Below, piece after piece: positions 28,681-37,710 of a stretch of DNA of 64,000 nucleotides. Numbering within the stretch: position 1 is the first letter of the stretch; the number at the start of each line of letters is the position of its first letter. This DNA comes from Acidimicrobiia bacterium (GTDB lineage: Bacteria; Actinomycetota; Acidimicrobiia; Spongiisociales; ZC4RG35), in the NCBI GenBank assembly GCA_025937235.1, contig JAICRU010000003.1:2119-66118 (forward strand), given 5' to 3'. Under the pieces are notes generated by a model. It did no database searches and was not told where the DNA came from. It worked only from the letters and a program-made list of their open reading frames with translations. Made by a program: the position numbers and the translations under genes.

Positions 28681-30432
28681 ATGGCGAGTGACCTGGAGAT
28701 CGCCCGCACCGCCAAGCTGAAGCCGATCTCACAAGTGGCCAGGGACCTCGGTCTGGAAGAGGAAGAGGTCATTCCTTATGGCTCGAACAAGGCCAAGGTC
28801 CATCTCGACGCCCTTCGTCGCGTCTCGTCGAATCCGTTGGGAAAGTACATCGACGTCACTGCCATCACCCCGACGCCGCTCGGTGAGGGCAAGACCACCA
28901 CCACCGTCGGCCTGGTGCAGGGACTCGGCATCCTCGGCCACAAGCCCGTCGCCTGTATACGTCAGCCGAGCATGGGCCCGACCTTCGGGATCAAGGGCGG
29001 CGCCGCCGGCGGTGGGTATAGCCAGGTGGTGCCCATGGACGAGTTCAACCTCCATCTCACCGGCGATATGCATGCGATCTCGGTTGCTCACAACCTGGTG
29101 GCCGCAGCCATCGATGCCCGGTGGTATCACGAAGGGCGTCTGACCACCAAGGCACTCGATGCCCTTGGGTTGAAGCGTCTCAACATCGACCCCAATCGGA
29201 TCAGCTGGCGTCGTGTCGTCGATGTGAACGACCGGGCATTGCGAAACGTCGTGATCGGGCTCGGTGGCGCCATCGACGGGCGGCCCCGAGAGAGCGGGTA
29301 CGACATCACCGTGGCCAGCGAGCTGATGGCCATCCTGGCTCTCGCCGACGGCGCCGACTACGCATCGGCCTTGCGCAACCTGCGAGAGCGGGTCGGGCGG
29401 GTGGTGATGGGCCTCACCAAGGACGGCGCGCCGATAACACTCGACGATCTCGGTGTGGCCGGCGCGGTCACCGTACTCATGAAGGACACGCTGCATCCCA
29501 ACCTGATGCAGACCCTCGAAGGCCAACCCACCCTGGTCCATGCCGGGCCCTTCGCCAACATCGCCCACGGCAACTCTTCGATCCTGGCCGATCGTATGGC
29601 ACTCCACCTGGGCGACTATGTGGTAACCGAGTCGGGATTCGGCGCAGACATGGGGATGGAGAAGTTCTTCGACATCAAATGCCGGGTGTCAGGGCTGAGG
29701 CCCGATTGTGTGGTGATGGTGGCCACGGTCAGGGCCCTCAAAACCCACGGCGGCGGTCCCAAGGTGGTGGCGGGTCGGCCGCTCGACCAGGCGTACACCG
29801 AGGAGAATCTTCCCTTGCTCCGCGCCGGGATGGCCAACCTGGCGGCACATCTCGACATCGTCGGCAAGTTCGGTGTTCCTGCGGTGGTGGCCATAAATCG
29901 ATTCCCCACCGACAGCGAGCACGAGCTGGAGCTGGTGCGGCAGTCGGCGATCGAAGCCGGCGCCTTCGCCGCGGTCACCACCGATCACCACGCCCGTGGC
30001 GGTGACGGTGCACGTGATCTCGCCCGTGCCGTGATCGCTGCCAGTCAAGAGCCAAGCCAGTTCGACTTCCTCTATCCACTCGACCGATCGATCAAGGAGA
30101 AGATCGAGACGATTGCCAAGCAGATCTACCGGGCCGGGTCGGTTAACTACACCCCGCAGGCCGATGCCCAGATCGGGGACTTCGAGCGGTCGGGGTTCGG
30201 CTATCTCCCCGTCTGCATGGCCAAGACCCATCTCTCGATCAGCGACGACCCTGCGTTGAAGGGTGCCCCGCAGGGCTTCGAGCTGACCGTACGCGAGGTG
30301 CGGGCGTCGGTGGGAGCCGGCTTCATCTACCCGCTGCTGGGGGAGATGAGCACCATGCCCGGTCTGGGAGCCACTCCCGGGTTCATGAAGGTGGACGTCA
30401 ATGAGGACGGCGATGTGGTCGGCTTGTCGTAG
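28681..30432 (+). CDS. fhs: Formate--tetrahydrofolate ligase
   Basis: MASDLEIARTAKLKPI N-terminus, TPLGEGKTTTTVGL P-loop, ...GFGADMGMEKFFDIKCR... Typical full length from ATG 28681. Confidence 0.95.
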   Translation: MASDLEIARTAKLKPISQVARDLGLEEEEVIPYGSNKAKVHLDALRRVSSNPLGKYIDVTAITPTPLGEGKTTTTVGLVQGLGILGHKPVACIRQPSMGPTFGIKGGAAGGGYSQVVPMDEFNLHLTGDMHAISVAHNLVAAAIDARWYHEGRLTTKALDALGLKRLNIDPNRISWRRVVDVNDRALRNVVIGLGGAIDGRPRESGYDITVASELMAILALADGADYASALRNLRERVGRVVMGLTKDGAPITLDDLGVAGAVTVLMKDTLHPNLMQTLEGQPTLVHAGPFANIAHGNSSILADRMALHLGDYVVTESGFGADMGMEKFFDIKCRVSGLRPDCVVMVATVRALKTHGGGPKVVAGRPLDQAYTEENLPLLRAGMANLAAHLDIVGKFGVPAVVAINRFPTDSEHELELVRQSAIEAGAFAAVTTDHHARGGDGARDLARAVIAASQEPSQFDFLYPLDRSIKEKIETIAKQIYRAGSVNYTPQADAQIGDFERSGFGYLPVCMAKTHLSISDDPALKGAPQGFELTVREVRASVGAGFIYPLLGEMSTMPGLGATPGFMKVDVNEDGDVVGLS

Positions 30433-30484
30433 CCGGCCTACTTCGGTCCTTCGTGCAGCAAGTCCCGGTTTGTGACGTCCTGGA

Positions 30485-31273
30485 TCAAGCGTCGAGCACC
30501 CGCTCCTCTCCGGCGTAGATCGTGAAGCCGGTATCTCGGAGAAAGCCGATCACTGTCATGTGGAGCTCCTCGGCCAGATCGACGGCGAGACTGGAGGCGG
30601 CGGAGACGCCACAGACCAGGGATAGGCCGGCCACGGCCGCCTTCTGCACGATCTCGAAAGAGACTCGGCCCGAGACCACCAGACCCAGATCACGGGGCGG
30701 CCAGCGAGTCGTGGCGAGATGCCCGACCAGTTTGTCGACGGCGTTGTGACGCCCGACGTCCTCCCTAACTGCGACGAGGGAGCCGTCGGGCTCGAACGCA
30801 CCGGCAGCGTGGATCCCGCCGGTCGAATGGAAGGCTTGCTGCTGGGCAAGCAGACGGCCGGGCAGGCCGAGCAGGACATCGGCGCCGACCAGCGGGCCAT
30901 GAGGTGGCTCCGAGCCGGCGACCCTGATAGCGTCGATCGAGGCCTTGCCACAGACCCCGCAAGACGAGCTGGCATAGAAGTTGCGTTGGAACCGGGTGGG
31001 GTCGACGGACATCCCTTCGGCCAGCCTCACCTCCCACCGGCCCTCACCGAGGTCCTCGACCGAGGCCACCTGAGCGGGGCCGGAGACGATCCCTTCGGTG
31101 ATGACGAAGCCGAGGGCGAGCTCGGCGTCGCTGCCCGGTGTTCGCATCACGACGGCGAGGGCGGTGCCGTCGAGCCTGATCTCGACCGGCTCCTCCACCA
31201 CCAGGTCGTCGTCCATTTGCTCCAGGCCACCCCGGACTCGGATCACCGGGCGGCTGGTTACAGCCTCAGACAC
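30485..31273 (-). CDS. fdhD: Formate dehydrogenase accessory sulfurtransferase
   Basis: SSSCGVCGKASID Cys loop and VGRHNAVDKLVGH. The GTG start overlaps the upstream stop (GTGTCTGA). Confidence 0.9.
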   Translation of the reverse strand: MSEAVTSRPVIRVRGGLEQMDDDLVVEEPVEIRLDGTALAVVMRTPGSDAELALGFVITEGIVSGPAQVASVEDLGEGRWEVRLAEGMSVDPTRFQRNFYASSSCGVCGKASIDAIRVAGSEPPHGPLVGADVLLGLPGRLLAQQQAFHSTGGIHAAGAFEPDGSLVAVREDVGRHNAVDKLVGHLATTRWPPRDLGLVVSGRVSFEIVQKAAVAGLSLVCGVSAASSLAVDLAEELHMTVIGFLRDTGFTIYAGEERVLDA

Positions 31274-32189
31274 CGCGCCCACTGTCGACGTACATCCAGC
31301 CGAATCGGCCCTTGATGCACAGGTTGCCCAAGGTGACGTCGTGGTCATGGGGTGATGTGACGCTCACGATCCTCCCCTCCTGGACATGGAGGTCGAGGTT
31401 GCAGCCCACCCCGCAATAGGAGCAGACGGTACGGGTCACCTCCTGGCTCGATTCGTCCCAGGTGCCTTGCCCCCTCATGTCCCACTCGATCCTCCCGGCC
31501 AGGGCACCTGTGGGGCACACCGCGATGCAATTCCCGCAGTAGACACAGGCCGATTCGGGAAGCGTCACATCGAATTCGGTCGAGATCCGGGCGTCGAAGC
31601 CCCGGCCCGCCACTGCGATGGCGAACGTGTTCTGATGCTCGACTCCGCACGCATCGACACACCGGTAACAGAGGATGCAACGGCTGTAGTCGCGGACATA
31701 GAGCTCGTCTTCGATCTTGGGCGGCTCCGCGACGCTGGCGGCGAAAGTGTTGGGCGGATGGTGATGCCCGGGGTCCGGGGGGACACGGGGAGTCGCGGGC
31801 TCCGGCGGCCCGAACCGCCCGGGTCGGGCCCGTGCCTCGCCCATCCACCGCTCCAGGTCGGGGCCGGCTCGGTCCAGCTCGGATGCCGAAGCGAGCAGCT
31901 CCATGACCAAGCGACGACTGTGCACAGCGCGCTCGGAACCGGTCCATATCTCCATTCCCTCGTCCAGCTTGCGCGAGCAGGAGGGGACCAGGGTGCGCGA
32001 TCCCTCCACTTCGACCATGCAGACCCGACAGGCGTTGGCGGCGGTCATCGTGGGGCCGTAACAGAGAGTGGGCAGGTCGGCCCCGGCCTCCCTGCAGGCT
32101 TCGAGCACGGTCGACCCGGCTGGGAGCTCTACGTCGGCTCCGTCGACTCGGGCGGAAACGATGGTGATGGGCTCTTCGAGCATTGTCAT
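31266..32189 (-). CDS. Formate dehydrogenase Fe-S subunit, equivalent to the N-terminal module of an FdsA-type alpha subunit
   Basis: From MTMLEEPITIV. NuoG-type [2Fe-2S] (LCYGP...CRVCMVEV...PSC). 2x[4Fe-4S] ferredoxin (CILCYRCVDAC, CVYCGNCIAVCP). Then a Molybdop_Fe4S4-type CSYCGVGC...LCIKGRFG, ending 12 aa later. ATGA overlap with the upstream gene. Confidence 0.88.
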   Translation of the reverse strand: MTMLEEPITIVSARVDGADVELPAGSTVLEACREAGADLPTLCYGPTMTAANACRVCMVEVEGSRTLVPSCSRKLDEGMEIWTGSERAVHSRRLVMELLASASELDRAGPDLERWMGEARARPGRFGPPEPATPRVPPDPGHHHPPNTFAASVAEPPKIEDELYVRDYSRCILCYRCVDACGVEHQNTFAIAVAGRGFDARISTEFDVTLPESACVYCGNCIAVCPTGALAGRIEWDMRGQGTWDESSQEVTRTVCSYCGVGCNLDLHVQEGRIVSVTSPHDHDVTLGNLCIKGRFGWMYVDSGRGV

Positions 32190-34012
32190 TGCGCCGCTCC
32201 CGCCATCAGCCCGAGCCGGATTGCGGACTGGACCGCCGATGCTGCGGTCTGTCCCAGGCCGCATATCGAGGCGTCGGCCATCACCCTGGCCAGGTCGTCG
32301 AGCCGCTGCATCTCCTCGGCGACCGCGCCGAGCGGCCTGCCGGCGGCGAGACGGGCCAAAGCCTCCTCCTGCCGCACCGTCCCGATACGACAGGGCACGC
32401 ATTGGCCGCAGGACTCGTCCCGGAAGAACTGGGCGATTCGTCGCAACACGGACCCGAAGTCGGTGGTCTCGTCGAAGACGATCACCGCTCCGGAGCCGAG
32501 ACCGGTTCGGGCCTCCGCTGCCCCCTCGAATGTGAGCTCCATGTCGAGCGTGTCGGGGTCGACGAAGCTGCCCGCGGCCCCGCCGACGAGGACTGCTCCG
32601 ACAGCCTTCCCTTGGCGCACCCCACCGGCGAGATCCATCAGATCGCGCAGCGTGGTCCCGAAGGGGACTTCGTACAGGCCGGGCCGGGCCACGTCGCCCG
32701 AGATGCAGAACAGCTTGGGACCGGTTGATCGCTCGGTGCCGATGGCGGCGAACTGCTCGGCCCCCCCGTCGAGCACGGCCAGCGCCGCCACCAGTGTCTC
32801 GATGTTGTTGACCGACGTCGGCTTGCCGAAGACCCCATGCTCGGTCGGGAAGGGTGGCTTCTGCCTCGGCTCGCCACGCAGGCCCTCGATCGAGGCGAAG
32901 AGGGCGGTCTCCTCGCCACAGATGTAGGCGCCCGCTCCACGGCGGATCTCGATGTCGAACACGAAGCCGGCACCCGCCACGTCGGACCCGAGCAGACCGG
33001 CCTGGGTCGCCTGGCTCACGGCCTCGGTGAGCCGACGCTCGGCCACCGGATACTCGCCTCTCACATAGACAAAGCCCTTGGTGGCCCCGGTGGCGAACCC
33101 GGCGATCGTCATCGCCTCGACTATGGCGAACGGATCGCCTTCCATGAGGATTCGGTCCTTGAAGGTGCCTGGCTCCGATTCGTCACCATTGGCGATGATG
33201 TACTTGTCCTCACCGTCCGCATCGGCGACCCCGCGCCACTTGAGACCGATGGGGAAGGCGGCGCCCCCGCGGCCGCGAAGACCTGAGATGTCCATGGCTT
33301 CGATCACTCCGCGCGGGCCCAACGTGATCGCCCGTGTCAAGCCCTCATATCCGCCGTTGGCCCGATAGGCATCGAGGCTTCCCGGGTCGACCACCCCGAT
33401 GCGGCGGAGGAGGGTGAGGGTGGAACGGTCCTGGTGGATGGGCCCGGCAGGAAGCTCGTCGACCTGGAGGTCGCTGAGCATGGCGGGTTGAGCCGGTGCG
33501 ATGTTGTGGTATCCGACACCCGCCCGATGGGTCATGACGGCGGGCGCCCGGTCACATTGGCCCAGACAGGGGCTGGGCAACCATCCCACACCCGATTCGT
33601 CGCCCCCAGAGGGCCCGAGCTCGGCCGCGATCGACTGTTTCAGCTCGTCCGCCCCATACCGGGAGCAGACGATGTCGTCACAGACGTGGAGGAGAGTCGC
33701 CGGTCGGGGCCGGGTGTCGATCAGTGCGTAGAAGGTGGCGACCCCGTAGGCCTCGGCCGGGGGCACCGTGAGACGCTCGGATATGTAACCGAGGGCTCCC
33801 TTGCTCACAGACCCGACTGCATCTTGGACTGCGTGGAGAGCGGGGAGAAGGAGATGACGTCGGGCCCGGGCCTCGTGGCCACCGTGGGCGACGTGGCCGT
33901 CGAGATGTGTGAACTCGCCCCCATCCCATCCCGAAGGAGGCGGTCCGAGCACCTCGTCGACGGCGGCGCGCTCCGCGGCGGTTGGCCTGTCGAGGAGGTA
34001 GCGGAGATCCAT
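32186..34012 (-). CDS. NuoE-NuoF fusion (NAD/FMN-binding diaphorase subunit of formate dehydrogenase)
   Basis: From MDLRYLLDRP. NuoE-like CDDIVC...CLGQCDRAP, NuoF-like GRGGAAFPIGLKWR and ESCGQCVPCRIG. The track ORF is 5'-extended to 34687 in off-frame sequence. Confidence 0.9.
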   Translation of the reverse strand: MDLRYLLDRPTAAERAAVDEVLGPPPSGWDGGEFTHLDGHVAHGGHEARARRHLLLPALHAVQDAVGSVSKGALGYISERLTVPPAEAYGVATFYALIDTRPRPATLLHVCDDIVCSRYGADELKQSIAAELGPSGGDESGVGWLPSPCLGQCDRAPAVMTHRAGVGYHNIAPAQPAMLSDLQVDELPAGPIHQDRSTLTLLRRIGVVDPGSLDAYRANGGYEGLTRAITLGPRGVIEAMDISGLRGRGGAAFPIGLKWRGVADADGEDKYIIANGDESEPGTFKDRILMEGDPFAIVEAMTIAGFATGATKGFVYVRGEYPVAERRLTEAVSQATQAGLLGSDVAGAGFVFDIEIRRGAGAYICGEETALFASIEGLRGEPRQKPPFPTEHGVFGKPTSVNNIETLVAALAVLDGGAEQFAAIGTERSTGPKLFCISGDVARPGLYEVPFGTTLRDLMDLAGGVRQGKAVGAVLVGGAAGSFVDPDTLDMELTFEGAAEARTGLGSGAVIVFDETTDFGSVLRRIAQFFRDESCGQCVPCRIGTVRQEEALARLAAGRPLGAVAEEMQRLDDLARVMADASICGLGQTAASAVQSAIRLGLMAGAAQ

Positions 34013-35940
34013 CAGGTGTGCCCTGACCGGTGACCTTGCCCGCGCCGAACACTGCCGGTTGGGGCACCGACCTGGCTCTCGATGCGGACTGCGGTCGCCT
34101 TGAACTCCGCGGTGCCCGATTTCGGGTCCCAGGCGTCGATGGTGAGCTGGTTGACGTCGGTGTCGTCGGGGAAGTGAACTGCCATGAAGGCGAGACCGGG
34201 CCGCAACGAGCGGTCGATCCGGACCGGTGCCTCGAGACTCCCACGCCGGGACACCACCTTGACCGTTTCGCCTTCGGCGACCCCGATCTCGCCTGCATCC
34301 TCCGGGGAGAGGTCGAGCACGCCGTGGATGCGCCGTGGAGACGGGTAACGCCCGCTCTGTACTCCGGTGTTGTAAGAGTCGAGCCGACGCCCGGTGGTGA
34401 GTCGCAGCGGGAACTCCGCGCTCAGCGCGTCGACCGGGGGGAACCATTCGACCACGGAGAAGCGAGCCTTGGGCCCGGTGTCCTCCTCCCAGAGCCGTCC
34501 GTGGAGGAAGAGTGTTCCAGGGTGGTCCACGCTGGGGCAGGGCCACTGCAATCCACCGTGTTCGTCGAGCCGCTCGTACGTCATCCCCTCGTGCATCCAG
34601 GAGAGGCTTCGCACCTCGTTCCACACCTCCTCCGCACTGGGGGTGGGCCAGTCGTGGCCCAATGCTCGTGCCACGAGTGATATCCATTCGATGTCGTCCC
34701 TGGCATCGCCGGGCGGGTCGATTGCCTTGCGGACGCGCTGCACCCTGCGCTCGCTGGAGGTGAAGGTCCCATCGACCTCACCCCAGCCGGCGGCGGGGAG
34801 GACGACATCGGCCAGCTCGGCGGTGGCGGTGAGGAACAGGTCCTGGACGACCATGAAATCGAGACCGCTGAGCCGACGTTGCATCGCCCGAGCGTCGGCC
34901 TCCGATTGGAGGGGGTTCTCTCCGATCACGTACAGGGCGCGGAGCTCGCCCGCGTCCATGGCCTCGTGCATCAGGCTGATGTGCTTGCCGGGCTCTCCCG
35001 GGATGGAACAGCCCCAGACCTCCTCGAACTTGCCCCGAAGCTCCGCATCGGCCACGTCGTGGAAACAGGGCAGGCGGTTGGGCAGGGCACCCATGTCCCC
35101 GCCGCCCTGGACGTTGTTCTGACCGCGCAGGGGGACCAACCCTGAGCCGTAGCGGCCCACGTGCCCGGTGAGCAGAGCCAGATTGATCAGGGCCAGGACG
35201 TTGTCGGTCGCGTTGTGGTGCTCGGTGATGCCCAACGTCCAGCACAGTTGAGCCGTTGGCGCGCCGCCGTACTCATGTGCGAGCTGTCTGATTGCATCTC
35301 TTGGGACCCCGGTGACCTCCTCACCACGCTGGAGGGTCCACGGCTCGACCGACTCGGCGTATTCGTCGAAGCCGGTGGTGGCGTGGGTTATGAACTCTCG
35401 ATGGTGGAGGCCGGCATGGATGATCTCCCGGGCCAAGGTGTTGGAGAGCGCTATGTCGGAACCGACATCGATGCCGAGCCAGACGTCGGCCCAGCGAGCG
35501 GAGGAGGTCCGCCGTGGATCGACGGCGAACATGCGGGCGCCGTTGTTCAAGGCCTTGAGGACGTGGTGGAAGAAGATAGGGTGGGCTTCGCGCGCGTTCG
35601 AGCCCCACATGACGATGAGGTCTGTGTCTTCCATCTCTCGATAGGAGCTAGTCCCGCCGCCCGCTCCGAACACAGTCGCCAGACCGGCGACAGAGGGAGC
35701 GTGTCAAGTGCGGTTGCAGCTGTCGATGTTGTTGCTCGCCATGACCGCACGGGAGAACTTCTGAGCCATGTAGTTCATCTCGTTGGTCCCCTTCGAGCAG
35801 CTGAACAGCCCGAAGGCGTCGCCGCGGTATGGGGCGAGGCCGGTGGCGACCCGCTCCACTGCCTCGGTCATCGTCGCCGGGCGAAGGGCGTCGTTCTCCC
35901 GCACCAGTGGCTGGGTGAGCCGTGCGTAGCTCCGCTTCAT
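34012..35940 (-). CDS. Formate dehydrogenase catalytic (Mo/W-bis-PGD) subunit with in-frame TGA (putative selenocysteine) at 35706..35704
   Basis: AAGGAGGTGATC-ATG at 35940. Read-through gives ...NNIDSCNRT-U-HAPSVAGLATVFGAGGG... The track pieces 35704..35979 and 34012..35673 are in the same frame. No Molybdop_Fe4S4 domain and no Tat signal. Confidence 0.85.
35675..35691 (-). promoter_or_regulatory. SECIS-like hairpin GUCGCC-GGUCU-GGCGAC, 12 nt after the UGA
   Basis: Perfect 6-bp stem with loop GGUCU. Same register and loop sequence as I recall for the E. coli fdhF SECIS (GCA-GGUCU-GC). Confidence 0.6.
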
Positions 35941-36039
35941 GATCACCTCCTTTCCACCATCTCGGGCGAGGGTACCCAACGTCTGTGGGGCGCAAGGCCA
36001 CTCACGTCCTAGCCATCGGGCGCCGATAATCTGACCGAC

Positions 36040-37353
36040 GTGACCCGCCGTCTCGCCCTTGTTGTCGCGTGTGCCCTTGTCCTGGCTGCCTGCACGCCCG
36101 ATTCTGCGGACACGACCTCGTCAACCGGGCCGACAGCCACCACCGGTTCTCCTGATGGGACGACCAGCACCACCACGGCCGGCACGACCACCACGCTTCC
36201 GGAGCCCACCTGGGAGGAACTGCCCGGGATCGAGGCGCTGCCCGCGCCGGTGCAGGACGAGCTTCTATCGCTCGTCCGCGCCACGGAGGAAATCAGGGAG
36301 CTGCGATTCCAGGAGCCGCCAACCATCGTCATCGTGAGTGACGAGGAGCTCGAAGAGAGAGTCAGACAGCAGATCGAGGAGGAAGCCGAGGACTTCCCGG
36401 CCGATGAGGCCCTCTACAAGCTGCTCGGACTGCTCGACGCCGAAGTGAACCTTCAGGCGCTGCTCACCGAGCTCTACGGGGAGCAGGTCGCCGGCTATTA
36501 CGACGGGGACACGGGCGAGCTGGTGGTCCCGATGCGTGAGGAAGGGTTCAGCGTGGTGCAACGGGCGACGATGGTGCACGAGCTGACCCATGCCCTCACC
36601 GACGAGCAGCTCCACTTTCATGCCGAGTACACGACGATGCTCGACGAAGATCGTCTCGACGAGGCCACCGCCTATCAGGCGTTGATCGAGGGGGACGCCA
36701 GCATGTCCGAACTGCTCTACCTGCAGACCCTGGGCCGGGATGAGCTCGGCGAGTTCTTCGCCGAGGCCCTGGACATCGACACCACCGCCCTCGACTCATC
36801 GCCCGCCTTCATCCAGGACTCGCTCATCTTCCCCTATGACTCCGGCCTCGCCTGGGTCCAGGAGCACTACCTACGTGATCAGTGGACCACGATCAACGAC
36901 GCCTACGCCGAGATGCCTGTCTTGCCCGGATCGACCGAGCAGATCATCACCCCGAGTGACTACGAGCGGGACCTACCCCTTCCCTTCGAGGCAAGCGCGC
37001 CGTCCGTTCCCGGGTATGAGCTGGAGCGTGAGTCGGTGTGGGGTGAGTTCGGCTTCAGGATCATGCTCGACCAGGTACTCGGGGAAGAAGTGGGGGTGGA
37101 CGCCGCCGATGGTTGGGGTGGCGACTACTACGCACAGTGGTTCGATGGCCAGAACGCAGCACTGCTGATCCTCTTCGAGGGTGACACCGACCGTGATACC
37201 GAGGAGCTCCGGGCGGCTCTGCTCGACTATGCGCTCACCGCCGTCGCCGAGGAGGACTACGTGTGGGTCGAGGTCATCAACGGGCGCCTCGCTTTCATCG
37301 CGGCCGACCAGCCTCCTATCGGCGAGTCGATCCTGGCCTCGGTCGCCGGCTGA
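36040..37353 (+). CDS. Lipoprotein, putative gluzincin metallopeptidase (HExxH)
   Basis: Lipobox LVLAAC|T, Thr-rich linker, HELTHAL followed by ...ALIEGDA. Confidence 0.7.
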   Translation: MTRRLALVVACALVLAACTPDSADTTSSTGPTATTGSPDGTTSTTTAGTTTTLPEPTWEELPGIEALPAPVQDELLSLVRATEEIRELRFQEPPTIVIVSDEELEERVRQQIEEEAEDFPADEALYKLLGLLDAEVNLQALLTELYGEQVAGYYDGDTGELVVPMREEGFSVVQRATMVHELTHALTDEQLHFHAEYTTMLDEDRLDEATAYQALIEGDASMSELLYLQTLGRDELGEFFAEALDIDTTALDSSPAFIQDSLIFPYDSGLAWVQEHYLRDQWTTINDAYAEMPVLPGSTEQIITPSDYERDLPLPFEASAPSVPGYELERESVWGEFGFRIMLDQVLGEEVGVDAADGWGGDYYAQWFDGQNAALLILFEGDTDRDTEELRAALLDYALTAVAEEDYVWVEVINGRLAFIAADQPPIGESILASVAG

Positions 37354-37392
37354 CCCTTCTCCCTGGCCAGCCGATCACCTAGTTTCGCCCTC

Positions 37393-37710
37393 ATGCAACG
37401 TGTCGCGCTCTCCACGGGGGAATGGGGGGCGATGGCCTACTTCGCACGGACCTTCACCGACCGGTTGCTCGGGGTGTGGCGTGTGCCCGATGGATCCACC
37501 GTGGTCCTTCCGGTGTCCACCGTGCATGGCTTTGGTCGGCGTCAAGCTCTCGACATCGTCGGCCTCGACGCGGCGATGCGCGTCATCTCGACGAGCAGGC
37601 TCGAGCCAAACCGCATCATCGTGATGCCAGGCGCCCGGATGATCATCGAGACGCCGGCCGGTGGAGTGTTGCCGGCCCTGGGAGACCGGGTCGAGCTGAC
37701 CCATGCCTGA
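37393..37710 (+). CDS. DUF192-domain protein
   Basis: 105 aa. ARTFTDRLLGVW...VHGFGRRQALDIVGLD pattern. Confidence 0.6.
   Translation: MQRVALSTGEWGAMAYFARTFTDRLLGVWRVPDGSTVVLPVSTVHGFGRRQALDIVGLDAAMRVISTSRLEPNRIIVMPGARMIIETPAGGVLPALGDRVELTHA

Noticed and set aside
32186-34687. 833-aa ORF suggesting a much larger NuoEF protein
   Set aside because: The first 225 aa or so are Arg/Pro-rich off-frame sequence overlapping the 3' part of the FDH catalytic gene. A clean start (MDLRYLL) sits at 34012, overlapping that gene's stop. The same kind of 5' over-extension was trimmed for 5495..8092, 14127..15500, 19265..21688, 21555..22043, 27474..28301, 31266..32402, 38684..39625, 42411..43601, 42639..44381, 44285..44689, 45736..47427 and 53092..54864.
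35704-35706. Alternative reading of the two in-frame TGAs (here and at 52696..52698) as pseudogene-forming nonsense mutations or sequencing errors
   Set aside because: Both flanks stay in the same frame with conserved family motifs on each side. Each TGA falls precisely on the catalytic Cys/Sec position, and each is followed by a hairpin. The FDH gene sits in an otherwise intact, translationally coupled operon with fdhD. This is not fully excluded without the sel gene inventory and read-level data.
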